Positions 46,701 to 56,694 of a DNA stretch of 64,000 nt are shown here, piece by piece. Position 1 is the stretch's first letter; each line of letters starts with the position of its first letter. Source of the stretch: a virus. Under the pieces are notes generated by a model. It was not told the origin of the DNA and searched no databases. It was given only the letters and a program-made list of their open reading frames with translations. A program made the position numbers and the translations under genes. The stretch lies in IMG/VR virus record IMGVR_UViG_3300027772_000010, positions 35,834-99,833 of that record. The stretch is one strand, 5' to 3'.

Positions 46701-47899
46701 ATATCTTCTATAACTTCAATACCATTTATATAAATTGGTTTATCTCTAAATATAGTAGTTTTAGTTTCTAAAACTTTAATACCTACAGGATATTGTTGAA
46801 AATATAAAAATAAATCAGTATAAATATCTGGACCTGCACTATTAAATAAATTATTATTTGTTTTTAAAGCATTTAATCTCTTTAAAAATGTAGATATAGG
46901 TTGAGATAATATAGAAAATTCTTGAGTAGATAATACTGTTAATTTGTCTAAAATTTGATCTATTGTTAAATTATGTACATTATTATTAGAAACTGCTATT
47001 AACATTTTTTGTATTAAATCTGCAGGTTTCCAAAATAATTCAATATTAGATTTTATAACTTTGTTGCCAGAACTATCATACATATTAATACCTCTAAGCA
47101 TTAATTTAAGTCTAGCAGATATTTTATCTGAAGGATCTTCTGTTAAAGGATCTTTTTCATATATTTGAATATTATTTTCTAGATCTTCTTTTTCATTATT
47201 TAAATCTTCTACTAATTGATTATCTAGCTTAAATAAACCATCTCTTCCTAAATAATTAATTAATTCTTTTAATCTTAAGTTATTTTTAAAATTTTCTAAA
47301 GAAATAATAGGATAATTAAGATCTTTAAAAACACCTAAACTATTAATATAGTTAATAGTTTGTTGAATATAAATTTTATCATACTCTGTTAAAACTTCAT
47401 TATTATTATTTAATCCTGTAGTTAACTGATTAGATAACATATTTTTATATCCATTTAAAGAACCTAAAAATCTAATAAGAACATTACTAGATTTAACTCC
47501 TTCTTGATAAGGTAATTTAAATAAATCATTTATATTAATAAAGTCTGATACAGGTTTATTATTTTCATTAGCTAATTTATAAAAAATTTCTGTAAAAGAT
47601 TTATCTAAAGTTTTAAGTATATTAGAGTTTATATTATTATTTATAAAATAATTAATAATAGGATTATTAATAATAACATCTGTTGAGGTTAATTTTCCAG
47701 TTTTAAAATCTCTTAATTCTTTAATTTGATTTATTCCTTCATCAATTACAGCTTTATTAATGTTAAAAAATTCTAATAAACCTTCCTCACCATTATTAAT
47801 AATATTTAAATAAGTATCATATAAATTATTAGTATTTAAAATTAATAAATACTCATCTTGAGATATTTCATTAGGGAAAGGATTAATGTAGCAAGCCAT
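40772..47899 (-). CDS. Virion-packaged DNA-dependent RNA polymerase (crAss-like, double-psi beta-barrel)
   Basis: AGFDMDIDKLF catalytic DxDxD at 43679-43693 preceded by YRIPTE; also KR, TDA and LAQAVDNIK motifs; 2375 aa. Confidence 0.85.
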   Translation of the reverse strand: MACYINPFPNEISQDEYLLILNTNNLYDTYLNIINNGEEGLLEFFNINKAVIDEGINQIKELRDFKTGKLTSTDVIINNPIINYFINNNINSNILKTLDKSFTEIFYKLANENNKPVSDFININDLFKLPYQEGVKSSNVLIRFLGSLNGYKNMLSNQLTTGLNNNNEVLTEYDKIYIQQTINYINSLGVFKDLNYPIISLENFKNNLRLKELINYLGRDGLFKLDNQLVEDLNNEKEDLENNIQIYEKDPLTEDPSDKISARLKLMLRGINMYDSSGNKVIKSNIELFWKPADLIQKMLIAVSNNNVHNLTIDQILDKLTVLSTQEFSILSQPISTFLKRLNALKTNNNLFNSAGPDIYTDLFLYFQQYPVGIKVLETKTTIFRDKPIYINGIEVIEDIEVKSLKIQNKVDYVNAGLNRVREDIFNNLLNSSELQNNFNTKNELILAPNQSVAQLAEIIATLLSPSLTTTQKNIKEQVFNKIKQTDLKNGINFLTVLEGIINGDNILNSSIINKVYNINNDTLFPVLSPSELSEELSIINSSIAAIKNGVAYEDTDFYKKFNGDIISMSLWADYVKNASNPLSLSIFIGHKLDENIKEEYSDFTQAELLANLFNVISSGSIPTPILSDKSNIYLIDNYSLNQGALNQLNFRQDPISYFKYFISYLKIDNELNEQINNGINIGKNIDKAIAKQKLILFNPAFYEIADNEEVLEIYNTYVNGDTENKQTAEKQLIDIINKYQTKLGNDLYQKFIDTKLITYNDDLEGYYINSNLLDKTIYLKTKAGVEQLKNNIKEVAVKHYVLNTQVKLLSVGHSGFFKENDEQKRVKAIAANSKKVNLNATYKNKQIITKNSGKRIILKDIENPVVNKIAEDFFLQRLKEEKFSNEDILKKMANLFSNYTLLDGTPVYSLNSAKLDKIKEEFNIEAAPLLEKINTLKLENNLEEVALIQEDYNKILTRYSNLEKEIKFLPTKKSNTTDASSVSSLDFSKKYHVGLNMYSDNQEEAYNAELNGNYLNKFTENNFKVIKNIVYTKTKSKNSDILLPYMEKTSTDNFTAQRVFLGEEPNLYQAMIGKMFGYTFNEKNKSWTYNPNNAIIDKIVYESAVKAEMPVNQNGDIVVFDLLKEIENKNIKSLEDVNNWKPEQNFEENYVIDIPITEDRLQVETPEHLEGQADIGTQIEGLISNGIDADSEFVINNKTFNGLELTNLLNQLRVNYVDKGENDLYNEFFKEDRIYDLVASLYNDREYLNLETLTPEKLPDLLNNTQFGLALVSKIQSLIKQNVVKTKINGIQFFNGVVANDKSLNILVEDVIDANGKTIKKLIFEVAVPAFSENMFKAALNSETGELDVNLIPEELREFVVYRIPTEAMYSIFAVRIKKLLHPSSGPIIYMPDGSTNIAGFDMDIDKLFGIVKNYYSKDNKLIPISYSLEKDSNINFKEWIKENITDIDQLTLNDLFLEKSNLIEKNPDLFKERSDIKKLKEEKNKIISDLEKDLIEEYDLSGKQLSTALSRQLKNYPRYLEIKETLNTFYDSIKIEENESLKNSVKEINKQINDIYAIYKDSWKNLNVAAQLSTSQYQNLYLDIIKGVVTNEKSVNEYITGNGFQRLEDINTDLENRNTSKESKKDKLLRAQNPYRDANLVNSLNTFRDIMSGAQNIGPAAIYNQFVALNQFLKNFGIESTVGFNVKSINLLSKNQKDTEQFNIFKGLNNYVTKSGLKPNMAIAELLAQAVDNIKKDLSVPLNLQKQLVGLRSLLYITGLDENIVDRIFTDYPLVDKIIKESIESDDINRYKNNIFKYNLYNLKENPSKFIFLDKDEKININLELLNKKFKPGNLVSDILSSDISEEEIVYFLHEMLELANELSDIINTINYYQKGLGKNFASLIFSYDKIKQLLNSTLSNKFNINLSNSFIYYKLQKLVEIIENIYIKFNINLKDPNFNFFKQYFKELNNIKYLGYLFNANLSSNLYLNLLAEFGSAENLKKAYFKEVSDLKLIFGQNTIIEKTGDNYVKSDVQNLNLNILNFIIRFVDNNPFFEKNIEDIATLKQLYPFDIQFLGQSESFNSSLNPKNIIDIMSIDNKTLYYGGNQDIITKDNVFSAQEITQKLFFINMVQSGLFSGKNNKGRSNVFDLLFLDNIILQNFLLYIDKPYSYLLNNSIVNSEIIKDNLNILNAYSDFIILNNPEIFNKYTKNLEDTYLLDNNTKKLIKNVFVNSTPITINNDYVDVYVVDKSIILPTEDAKKLVKLDNFLSSAYITFNDKGSKKLFKLVGSLNKVRNDRQAFEGENLLYKNVGIIGGNLLSNEFNGKINPIAFNSLEEVISNLGITRSNIESSNANLANLELTSNIATEIEPITQPSTQPTEEDFSSVPPCVD

Positions 47900-47924
47900 A
47901 AAATTAATATTTATTTTTTATAAT

Positions 47925-50900
47925 TTAGCAATAAACATCGTTATCTTGATTAAAGATAGAATTTGATGTAATATCATTATTTTTTGTATCCATTATAATA
48001 TTTTTATCATAATCAATTATAACAGAGTTGTCAGCATAAAAGTTCTCAGGATCTAAATCTACAGAATAAAAGTCTCTAGTATTTTCATTTAATGTAATTA
48101 AAGTATCCCACAAATAATCCATAATATTATCTAAATTAAAATTTAATTTTAAATTTTCTAATTTTATTTTTTGAGATGTATTAGTAGATGTTTCATTAAT
48201 ACTTGTAGGAATAATTTTAAAAATTTGACTTATTGTTGGGTTTTTATCAGAAGCAGTTCTAAGTCTATTTAAAAAAACATTATAATTTCCTTGTAAATCT
48301 TGTGATGTAAATACATCAGAAATACTAGTTTTAAGAATAGTTTTAATATTTTCTAAATCTTCTTGTGTTCCTTCAAAAAATTCTCTTAACTTAGGCGTTT
48401 GCAAAGGAATAATAATAGGATTTTCTCCACTTTTTTCTAATATTAAAAATACTCCGTTATTAGTTAAATTATCTGCAGGTATATTTAATTCAGAAACTTC
48501 TCTATTAACAAAAGGATTAACTAATTTTTTAACTTTATCTACTTCATATACAAAAGCAATAGTAGACTTAAATCCATTAACTTTATTTAAAAAGTTATTT
48601 ATTCTTATAGGTTGATTATTAAATAAAAATGCATCTTTTTTAACTTTTTTAATTTTAACTTTAAATGGTTGTACAGTAAAAGTATTACCTACCTTAGTAA
48701 TAGTTAATTTATTTCTTACTTGGGCATTCCTAGTATTTCCCTTATTAGCAGGAATAATTGCTACTAAAGCATTATTTACTACTACTCCTAATGCTGCATT
48801 ATTTCTAAAATCTTTTTCAGTCTTTAAAGTGTTATTGTATTTATTTTCTGTATCTAATACAACTATTTCTCCTTCTTGATTAGTTAAATCATTGGCATAA
48901 ATACTATTTAATATACTAGATTCAGGAATAGTTATTTTAGATATAATATTTTCTTGTTGAAAAGAATTAATTGGTTTTTTATTTATATCTTTAAGTACAT
49001 AAACATTATTAGACTCTATTTTATTACTAAAAAATAATCCATTATCTTTAAAAAGTTTTTCAACCTCTGTTTCAGTTAATATTTTATTATTAAACTTTTT
49101 ATTTAATTCTTGATTATTAAAAATACTTACATCATATTGTTTGTTATTTTGCTCATCATAAGTAATATTAAATTTAACATAAGTTACTCTATTTAAAGAA
49201 ACAATATTACTATCAGCTTCATCTTCAAATCCTTCTAAGACATTATTTGAACTAGTTTCAAAATTAACTTGATTAGCTTGACCTGTAATTAATTGTGTTG
49301 CAGGATCTAATACAGGTTTACCTTCAAATTCTGCAGGAGTTTGATTTTCTAAAACAGCTAGTTCTGCATTATATTTAGCTTCTGTTGGTAAAATTATTTC
49401 AACATTAGATGTAGTAAAAATTTGAGGAAGCGTAGCATTAATATTAAACTCTCCGTTAGTTTTTTTTTCTGTTATTGATAGACCTCCCAAATTTTCTTCC
49501 CATACATTATTCTCATTTAAAAACAATGGTACTAATTCATAAGATTCCGTACCTTTTTTTGTTATTTTTTTTCTAACTATTAAAGCATCACCATCCTCAT
49601 TTTTAAATATAGTTCCTTTAGGTATATTTTCTAAAAAATCAAATTTTTCTTGCGGTGTTGATTTTCTACTAATTATATCAAGTCTTCTTCTTTCTATATC
49701 AGCTTTAGCATCTGTAGTAGGTTTAGTTTCTAAATTAGAAACAATAGTTATCCCTTCTATTTCTATTATAGGCACCCCTGTTGCCTGACTTAACTGAAAT
49801 TCATCTGGATATGAATCTTCATTATTAGGTAACTCAGGGTTATTATCTTCTTTTACTAACTTTTGTTGCTCTAAAATATAATCTGGTATTTCTTCTTCTG
49901 TTATAGCTTCTGTATTAGTAATAATTTCTGCAGGTTTATCTATAACTAAATTAGGAATACTTAAATAATTATTTATTAATATTAAAGCTGACTTAGATAT
50001 ATTAATAGTATTAAGTTTTGTTTCTGTAAAATTTAAAAAAGAAATTGTATTACCAAAATCACTAATATCATATTTAACTTTTGAAACAATTACTTTTGTA
50101 TTACCAACTTTTACAGATGGTATTTTTTCTAATAATGTTTTATAAAAACCTAATTGTTTTGACCAACCATTAGTTTCTTTATCTCTTAAATTTTCAGTAG
50201 CTTTTCCTTTATTATCTGAAATAGTTTTTAAGTCAATAATATCTACTTTACCATCTTTACCTACAGCAATAATATCCATAGTACCTGCAACACCTATTGT
50301 ATTATCATTAATACCTGTTGAACTTTCTCCTATAAATTTTAAACCATCATAAGCATGATAAAGCACTCTTTCTTCTGTTATAAATTTAAATCCCTGTTGT
50401 ATTAATGAATCTCTTTGCTCTATTAAATCATTAAACATTTTAACATAACTTTCTTTTTTTAAGTTAAATGTTATTCCATTACTTCCAAAATAATCTAATT
50501 GGGCTTGTAATATAGCATCCATGTTTTCTTTAGTAACACTTAAATTACCAAAAATAAACCTTCCTAATGAATCAAAAAGATTTCCAACATTTGCACCAGC
50601 AATTAAATATTCATTAGAGTTTAAATCATCTCTTTCTACAGAAGTAACTCTTTTATATTCTTTATCATTAATAATGTAGAAATTATTTGTTATTTCATCT
50701 TCATCAAAGTCAGACTTTAATTTACTATTTTTTTCAATAAGACTAATAACATTATCTTGTACATTATCACTTAACTGAGTAGGAGTTTCAACAGCAGGTT
50801 GTTCTTGATTTTTTGCAGAATTTTCTTCAATTGTTTTAATATAATTATTAACTAATAATGCTCCATTTTTTTGGTCAAAATTATTAATTAAATTTTCTTG

Positions 50901-53900
50901 ATTATTATTTATCAAACTAATATTATAATTTAACTTTATAATGCCATCAGTAACAACAGAAGTTAGTGTATCTAAATTAACATTTTTATAATTTTGAATA
51001 TCTCCAACATATCCCATATCTTCTAATATAGAAAACATACCTAATAATAAATCAGGATCATTATCAAATGCTTGTATTAATTCATCTTTATTGAAAGATA
51101 CATAATAAGGTAAAACTGTTTCTTCTAATAATTGTTTATTATATAATCTATTATTCTTTTTTAATTTCTCTAAATCTTGTTTAGTTGCTTGACCATTTAT
51201 TAGATTATCAAAAATTTTTCTATATTCTTTTATTTTAGTTAATCTTTCTTTATCACCTTTAATTGATTCTTCTAATTGTTTATCAATAGTTACATCTTTA
51301 ACAGTTCTTTTACCTTCTGCATCAGTTATTAAGGCTTTTCTATTTAAAGTTTGAGATTTTAAACCATTATTAAATCTTGAATTAAATTCTTTATGAGTTT
51401 TTTTAATTTCTTTTAATTTATCAGCTTTAATTCTAATTAAATTTTTTATTTCATTTTCTTTTTCTTCAGATAAATTATCAATAAGTCCTGGAGATAAATA
51501 AGAATTTAATCTATCTTGTAATTGTTCATTTATTTCATTAAATTCTGTATCTAAATTATTTAAATTTTCTTGAGCATCAAAGTAACCATTAGTGTAAGTA
51601 TCAGTAATAGAAGTTAAAGATTTATCTAAACTTTTATTAGTTTCATTTAAAGTCTTTAATTCTTCTCGCAATTCCTTATCTTTATCAATTGCTTGCCCTA
51701 TTTCTAATAAAGAATTAATTTTATCAATTCTAGTTTGATTAGCTAATTTATTAAATAAATTTTGTTGATAAATACTTCTAACAAATCCTGCTTGAGGATT
51801 TAATAACTCAGGGTTATTTTCTATAGCAGTTTGATATTGAGTTTTAAATTGATTTTGAATTGGTCCTAAATTTTTATTAAATAAATTAATTAAATTTTTA
51901 GTACTTTTTTCTCTACCTACAATATTATTGTATTCTTTTATATTGTTAATAGTTATTTCATCTAAAGTATCTTTACCTATTATTTCAATATATTTATTAT
52001 AATCAAAAAATCCATTTTCATCTAAATAAGGAGTTAAATCTAATTGATTATTATTATTTGGAATACCTAAAGATTGAGCTAAACTAGCTACTACTTTTTC
52101 TTTATTAACTTTATTTAATTCTGAATTTAAAATAACATTATCAAAAGTTTTGCTACCATTAAAACTTTCAATATTTTTTAAATTAACTCCTACACTTTTT
52201 AATATAGATTTATGTAATGGATTTTCAAAATCTAATTTAGAAATAAAATCATTATCTAAATTAAAGTCTTTCTTAGTTTGTTCAAAGTTATTTTTAATAG
52301 TATCAAAAGATTCAATAAGATTATTATAAGTTTCTTGAGTTAAACTATTTCCAGAAGTACTAGGATTGCTAATAAAAGTTGATAATAAACTTTTAAATTT
52401 ATTAGGATCTTTTATAGCTGCTTGCAATGCATTTATAGTATTTATGCCATTATCTTTTTTAAATATATCATTTACATTTTTATAACTTTCTATTGAAGAA
52501 GACATAATTCCTCCAGTTAAGCCTGCAATTAATGCAGTTTCTGGATCTAAAAATCCTAAATCTTTTAATGTTTCTTTATTATATTCTTCATTACCTGTTA
52601 AAGAAGCATTAGCTGCATTAGCTAAAACTTGTGCTAAAGGCTCTAAAATAGTTTCTTCAGATGCTTCTTGCAAACCTTCTTTACGAAAAGATTTAGCTAC
52701 AGTTCCCATTCTATCACTAAATCTAGCTACTGCATAATTTCTTAATTCTTTATTAAATAAATAATCTTTTACACTAGGATTTTTAATATCCACTAAATCA
52801 TCTGTAAGAGATTTAATTACCTTTGGTATATCTTCAACAAAAACATTGTTTGCTTCTTTCTTTACTCTATCTGCTACAAAATCAGCTCCTATTTGTCTAT
52901 ATTTATTTTCTAGACCAGGAGTAAGTTGAGAAACTGCTGATATAGCTCCTGAAGTAATTAATACTTGAGCTAACCCTGGATCTAAACCTTGTTCTTTATA
53001 ATTTTTTTCAACGTCATGTTTTACTTCTGCATAAGTAGATGTAGTATTAATAAATTGTCCTGCAATTTTACTAAAGTTTCTGCTAGCTTTTGCAGCAGTT
53101 ATTCCTTTTGCACCTAATCTTAATAAAGTTGCTTCTAATAAAGGAGCTGCTGCTCCTTCTGTAAATATAGTGGCTGCAACTTCTGCTGCAATAGTAGGAG
53201 CTTCTTCTGCAATACCTACTGCAATAGCTTTACTAGTTCCTCCCAAAGCAGCAGATGTACCTCCAGGCATACTATAAATATCTCCAGCTTGCTTTTTTAA
53301 TTCAGAACTATTACTATAAAAATAATTTTCAATTAAATCTCGTTGAGAACCTTTTACAGAAATGCTCATATCATTAGCTTTTACATCAACAACTTGTCCC
53401 AATTTATTAAAACCAATTTGGTAGTTATTATTTTTATCAGCTTCAAGATTTACCCATTCTACTCCTTTATTAAAAAGACTAATATTTCCTTCATCTTGTG
53501 CAAAATTAATAGCTTTCCATAAATCAGCACTATATTCTAATTTTCTAGCAGATTCTGATTCTGGATTAATAGTTGTAGCTAATGACCCTACTTGTTGTTT
53601 ACCATATTCTGCAATATAATTTTTTCCTTTATCTAATTGTTGTAAATAATAATTTACTCTATCAGCACTAAATAAACCAGATTCTTTTGATCGCAATTCT
53701 AATTTATCTTGGGCTGCTTGTTGTCTTTCATTTAAATTTTTAGCAACTTTTAAAGCTTGTAATTCATTAATTTTTTCAGCTTGAAACATTTTTAAACTCT
53801 GACCAATTCTAGCCCCATTTAAATTATATAATGCTTCATTGTTAGATGCAATTTCTTGAAAATCAGGATCTTGAATTAAACTTAAAATTTTTTGTTGTTG

Positions 53901-55316
53901 TTCAGGAGTACTATATAAATTTTGTATAGTTCCCATTAATTGATTAGAATTATTTTTTAAACTAGGAAAATTTTCTAATAATGCATTAAATTTTTCATCA
54001 AATACATTAATATCTTTATCCCAACCATTTTTAATAATTTTTTGTTGTAGTCTATCTTTAGACCCTGCATTACTAAACTCTACTTTATCATAATAATAAT
54101 TAGTAGTATTTTCTAAAGCATTTTTAGTATTTATATCTGACATGTAATTTTTTACTTTTACATTATCTCTTTCTGTGCTTACTATATTATTTGCAAACCA
54201 ATCAAATATAGCATTACCTGTTGAAACTTTATTTGTTTCTTGTTCTTTATTTAAATCTTTAATAGTTGTTTCATCTTCTAAATTCATAAACTTTTTAGCA
54301 GACTCTAATAAACCTTTTATAGGTTTTTCTAAACTAGCTGTAATTTGTGGTAATTCATTTACAGGAGTATTTTTTAATATTTGAATAGGATCAATATTAT
54401 AATTTTTTAAATTTTGTAAATCTTTTTTTCCTCCTTCAAGTTGTTTTTTTGCGCTATTTATTTCTTCTTTTCTTTTTGAATATGTATCATATATATTATA
54501 AATTCCAATAATTGGAATTATTGATGAAGGCTTGTTTAAAGGATTGTTTTCTTTTGCTAAATTTAAAAATTCATTTTGCTTAGAAAGATTTTCTACTTTT
54601 TTAGTATATGAATCAATACCTTCATTTAATTCTTCAACACGTTTATTTTTTTGATTAATATCTGTAATAAGTCCTCTTCTATTAGTTAAAGGTTGTGCTT
54701 TTAATTTATTTATTTCTGCGTTATATTTTGCAGTAATAGGTTGTAAATCTTTATTATATAATAACTTTATATTAGGAGGTAATTGATCTAAACTTGGATT
54801 TTCTTCTCCAGCCATTGTTAAAAGAGCTAAATAATTTTTTTTTATTTTTTCACTTTCTTTATTATAATTATCGTCAATAACACTTTTTTGTTCTTCAAAA
54901 GAAGATCCTTGTCTATATCCTACATTTGCAAGTTCACTAGCTTTAGCATTTGTGTTAATAGGTTTAGGTGTTTCAATATTGCTTTGACCATACCCTTTTA
55001 CACTTTTAGATTGATTTACATTAGGAATTTGATTACTAATTTTTTGTTGAGGAGTCTGCTCTTCTTCTCCTGTAAAAAAATTTGATACTTTATCTATTAC
55101 TTTACTAAAAGCAGTTTGTTCTTCTTCTTGTTTTACAACAGGTTTAGGTGCAACAGGTTGTTGTTGCATAGGTTTTTGTTGGGTAGGTTGTTGTTGATTA
55201 AAAGAACTACTTCTTACTCTTTGAATTTCATTAGCTATAGCTTGAGCATCTTGTGTATTCCCCGCACTATCAGCAGCTTGTAAAGCTGAATATAATTTAT
55301 TTAAATATTCATTCAT
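47925..55316 (-). CDS. Giant virion cargo protein with an internal PD-(D/E)XK nuclease domain
   Basis: 2463 aa; YKRVTS...GVAGTMD...IIDLKT...QLGFY (about 50100-50680); EASEE-type helical/hydrophobic segment. Confidence 0.7.
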   Translation of the reverse strand: MNEYLNKLYSALQAADSAGNTQDAQAIANEIQRVRSSSFNQQQPTQQKPMQQQPVAPKPVVKQEEEQTAFSKVIDKVSNFFTGEEEQTPQQKISNQIPNVNQSKSVKGYGQSNIETPKPINTNAKASELANVGYRQGSSFEEQKSVIDDNYNKESEKIKKNYLALLTMAGEENPSLDQLPPNIKLLYNKDLQPITAKYNAEINKLKAQPLTNRRGLITDINQKNKRVEELNEGIDSYTKKVENLSKQNEFLNLAKENNPLNKPSSIIPIIGIYNIYDTYSKRKEEINSAKKQLEGGKKDLQNLKNYNIDPIQILKNTPVNELPQITASLEKPIKGLLESAKKFMNLEDETTIKDLNKEQETNKVSTGNAIFDWFANNIVSTERDNVKVKNYMSDINTKNALENTTNYYYDKVEFSNAGSKDRLQQKIIKNGWDKDINVFDEKFNALLENFPSLKNNSNQLMGTIQNLYSTPEQQQKILSLIQDPDFQEIASNNEALYNLNGARIGQSLKMFQAEKINELQALKVAKNLNERQQAAQDKLELRSKESGLFSADRVNYYLQQLDKGKNYIAEYGKQQVGSLATTINPESESARKLEYSADLWKAINFAQDEGNISLFNKGVEWVNLEADKNNNYQIGFNKLGQVVDVKANDMSISVKGSQRDLIENYFYSNSSELKKQAGDIYSMPGGTSAALGGTSKAIAVGIAEEAPTIAAEVAATIFTEGAAAPLLEATLLRLGAKGITAAKASRNFSKIAGQFINTTSTYAEVKHDVEKNYKEQGLDPGLAQVLITSGAISAVSQLTPGLENKYRQIGADFVADRVKKEANNVFVEDIPKVIKSLTDDLVDIKNPSVKDYLFNKELRNYAVARFSDRMGTVAKSFRKEGLQEASEETILEPLAQVLANAANASLTGNEEYNKETLKDLGFLDPETALIAGLTGGIMSSSIESYKNVNDIFKKDNGINTINALQAAIKDPNKFKSLLSTFISNPSTSGNSLTQETYNNLIESFDTIKNNFEQTKKDFNLDNDFISKLDFENPLHKSILKSVGVNLKNIESFNGSKTFDNVILNSELNKVNKEKVVASLAQSLGIPNNNNQLDLTPYLDENGFFDYNKYIEIIGKDTLDEITINNIKEYNNIVGREKSTKNLINLFNKNLGPIQNQFKTQYQTAIENNPELLNPQAGFVRSIYQQNLFNKLANQTRIDKINSLLEIGQAIDKDKELREELKTLNETNKSLDKSLTSITDTYTNGYFDAQENLNNLDTEFNEINEQLQDRLNSYLSPGLIDNLSEEKENEIKNLIRIKADKLKEIKKTHKEFNSRFNNGLKSQTLNRKALITDAEGKRTVKDVTIDKQLEESIKGDKERLTKIKEYRKIFDNLINGQATKQDLEKLKKNNRLYNKQLLEETVLPYYVSFNKDELIQAFDNDPDLLLGMFSILEDMGYVGDIQNYKNVNLDTLTSVVTDGIIKLNYNISLINNNQENLINNFDQKNGALLVNNYIKTIEENSAKNQEQPAVETPTQLSDNVQDNVISLIEKNSKLKSDFDEDEITNNFYIINDKEYKRVTSVERDDLNSNEYLIAGANVGNLFDSLGRFIFGNLSVTKENMDAILQAQLDYFGSNGITFNLKKESYVKMFNDLIEQRDSLIQQGFKFITEERVLYHAYDGLKFIGESSTGINDNTIGVAGTMDIIAVGKDGKVDIIDLKTISDNKGKATENLRDKETNGWSKQLGFYKTLLEKIPSVKVGNTKVIVSKVKYDISDFGNTISFLNFTETKLNTINISKSALILINNYLSIPNLVIDKPAEIITNTEAITEEEIPDYILEQQKLVKEDNNPELPNNEDSYPDEFQLSQATGVPIIEIEGITIVSNLETKPTTDAKADIERRRLDIISRKSTPQEKFDFLENIPKGTIFKNEDGDALIVRKKITKKGTESYELVPLFLNENNVWEENLGGLSITEKKTNGEFNINATLPQIFTTSNVEIILPTEAKYNAELAVLENQTPAEFEGKPVLDPATQLITGQANQVNFETSSNNVLEGFEDEADSNIVSLNRVTYVKFNITYDEQNNKQYDVSIFNNQELNKKFNNKILTETEVEKLFKDNGLFFSNKIESNNVYVLKDINKKPINSFQQENIISKITIPESSILNSIYANDLTNQEGEIVVLDTENKYNNTLKTEKDFRNNAALGVVVNNALVAIIPANKGNTRNAQVRNKLTITKVGNTFTVQPFKVKIKKVKKDAFLFNNQPIRINNFLNKVNGFKSTIAFVYEVDKVKKLVNPFVNREVSELNIPADNLTNNGVFLILEKSGENPIIIPLQTPKLREFFEGTQEDLENIKTILKTSISDVFTSQDLQGNYNVFLNRLRTASDKNPTISQIFKIIPTSINETSTNTSQKIKLENLKLNFNLDNIMDYLWDTLITLNENTRDFYSVDLDPENFYADNSVIIDYDKNIIMDTKNNDITSNSIFNQDNDVYC

Positions 55317-55334
55317 TTGTAATAGTTTACTTAT

Positions 55335-56675
55335 TTATTTTAAATTATATTTTTGAAAAAGTCCTTGCATATTTGCAGGAGGAGGAACTACTCCAGTTCC
55401 TTGTGTAGTAGAATTACCTCTACCTCCCATTTGATTAAGAACATCTAACATTACATTTGGAGGTACAGGAATAGGATCAATAGGTTTTTTCTTTAGTGTA
55501 TATCCTTTTAAAACATTTTGACCATTTACAGTAGTTATATATAATGAATTAGGGTCTACTAATTTTTTACTTTGTACAGTTACATTTTTTCCATTTACTG
55601 TTGAGGTACTAGTTGTATTAACTATTCCATTTTCAGGAATTAGATAAGCTGCCACTCCATTTTTAAGAGCATCCTTTTCCATTGCTCCTGTAACAGGTTT
55701 GTTTCCTTTTACTAGTACTCCTCCTTTAAAATCATAAGGAGCATAAAATTCATTTTGTTTATCTTGAGCTGTTTGCATTCTATTTTCTTGTTTCCATTGT
55801 AAATCCATAGTTGCATCAGGCTTTATTCCCACACTAGATATAGTATTACTTATTCCAGCAACTTTACTTGCAGCAGCTCTTGCACTTTCATCTATATAAT
55901 CATTAATAAATTGATCTTTATTTACATTTGGGTTAGTTGTAACTTCATAATTTCCTCTTCTTTCTAAATGAGATACAATTTCAGGATTATTTTTAATTGT
56001 AAAATTTTTAAAATCTTTTATTGCGTCTATTAATTGATCTACATTTCTTCCTTCTTGTTTAGCTTGAACTAATCCATAAGTACCATAATCTCTTAAAACT
56101 TCTTGTTGATCTGTAGGCAATTTACTAAAAAATCCATCCCAAACTGATGTTAAGTCAACATTTTTATAAATAGGAGTTAACTCAAAATCATTAGTTTCTC
56201 CATTTAAAAATTTTCTATAGTTAATTGTTGCAGGAGCATCCCAAAGTCTTTTTTCAAGAGTAGGGTCATTTTGTAAAATTTCTTGCATTTTTCTTGCTTG
56301 CTCAGAAGAATATACAGCTCTTTTTAACTGAGGGTCAGCTTTTAATGAAATTAAACTAGTATTTAATTTATTAAAATTAGCATTATCAGATAATTGTACA
56401 TTACCTGCATTATCTATAACAGATGCTAATTTATTTTGTAAATCTTTTTCAAGATAATCAAATTTTTTATCTAATTTAACTTCTTCTAAAAATTTAGCTT
56501 GAGCTTCTAACATTCCCTCAAATCTTTTATTAGCTATATTTTGAGTATATTCAGCATTTCTGTCAATTAGATTCATATCTAATCCTTGAAAATCTGCAAA
56601 ATCTATATTGGCAAATGTAGGATTAAGTAAGATTTGTTCAGCTACTGAAGTATTTGGTGAAAATCTTTGTGCCAT
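55335..56675 (-). CDS. Putative virion cargo protein
   Basis: 446 aa, helical, directly upstream of the giant genes. Confidence 0.6.
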   Translation of the reverse strand: MAQRFSPNTSVAEQILLNPTFANIDFADFQGLDMNLIDRNAEYTQNIANKRFEGMLEAQAKFLEEVKLDKKFDYLEKDLQNKLASVIDNAGNVQLSDNANFNKLNTSLISLKADPQLKRAVYSSEQARKMQEILQNDPTLEKRLWDAPATINYRKFLNGETNDFELTPIYKNVDLTSVWDGFFSKLPTDQQEVLRDYGTYGLVQAKQEGRNVDQLIDAIKDFKNFTIKNNPEIVSHLERRGNYEVTTNPNVNKDQFINDYIDESARAAASKVAGISNTISSVGIKPDATMDLQWKQENRMQTAQDKQNEFYAPYDFKGGVLVKGNKPVTGAMEKDALKNGVAAYLIPENGIVNTTSTSTVNGKNVTVQSKKLVDPNSLYITTVNGQNVLKGYTLKKKPIDPIPVPPNVMLDVLNQMGGRGNSTTQGTGVVPPPANMQGLFQKYNLK

Positions 56676-56694
56676 AATTTAATATATTTTAATG

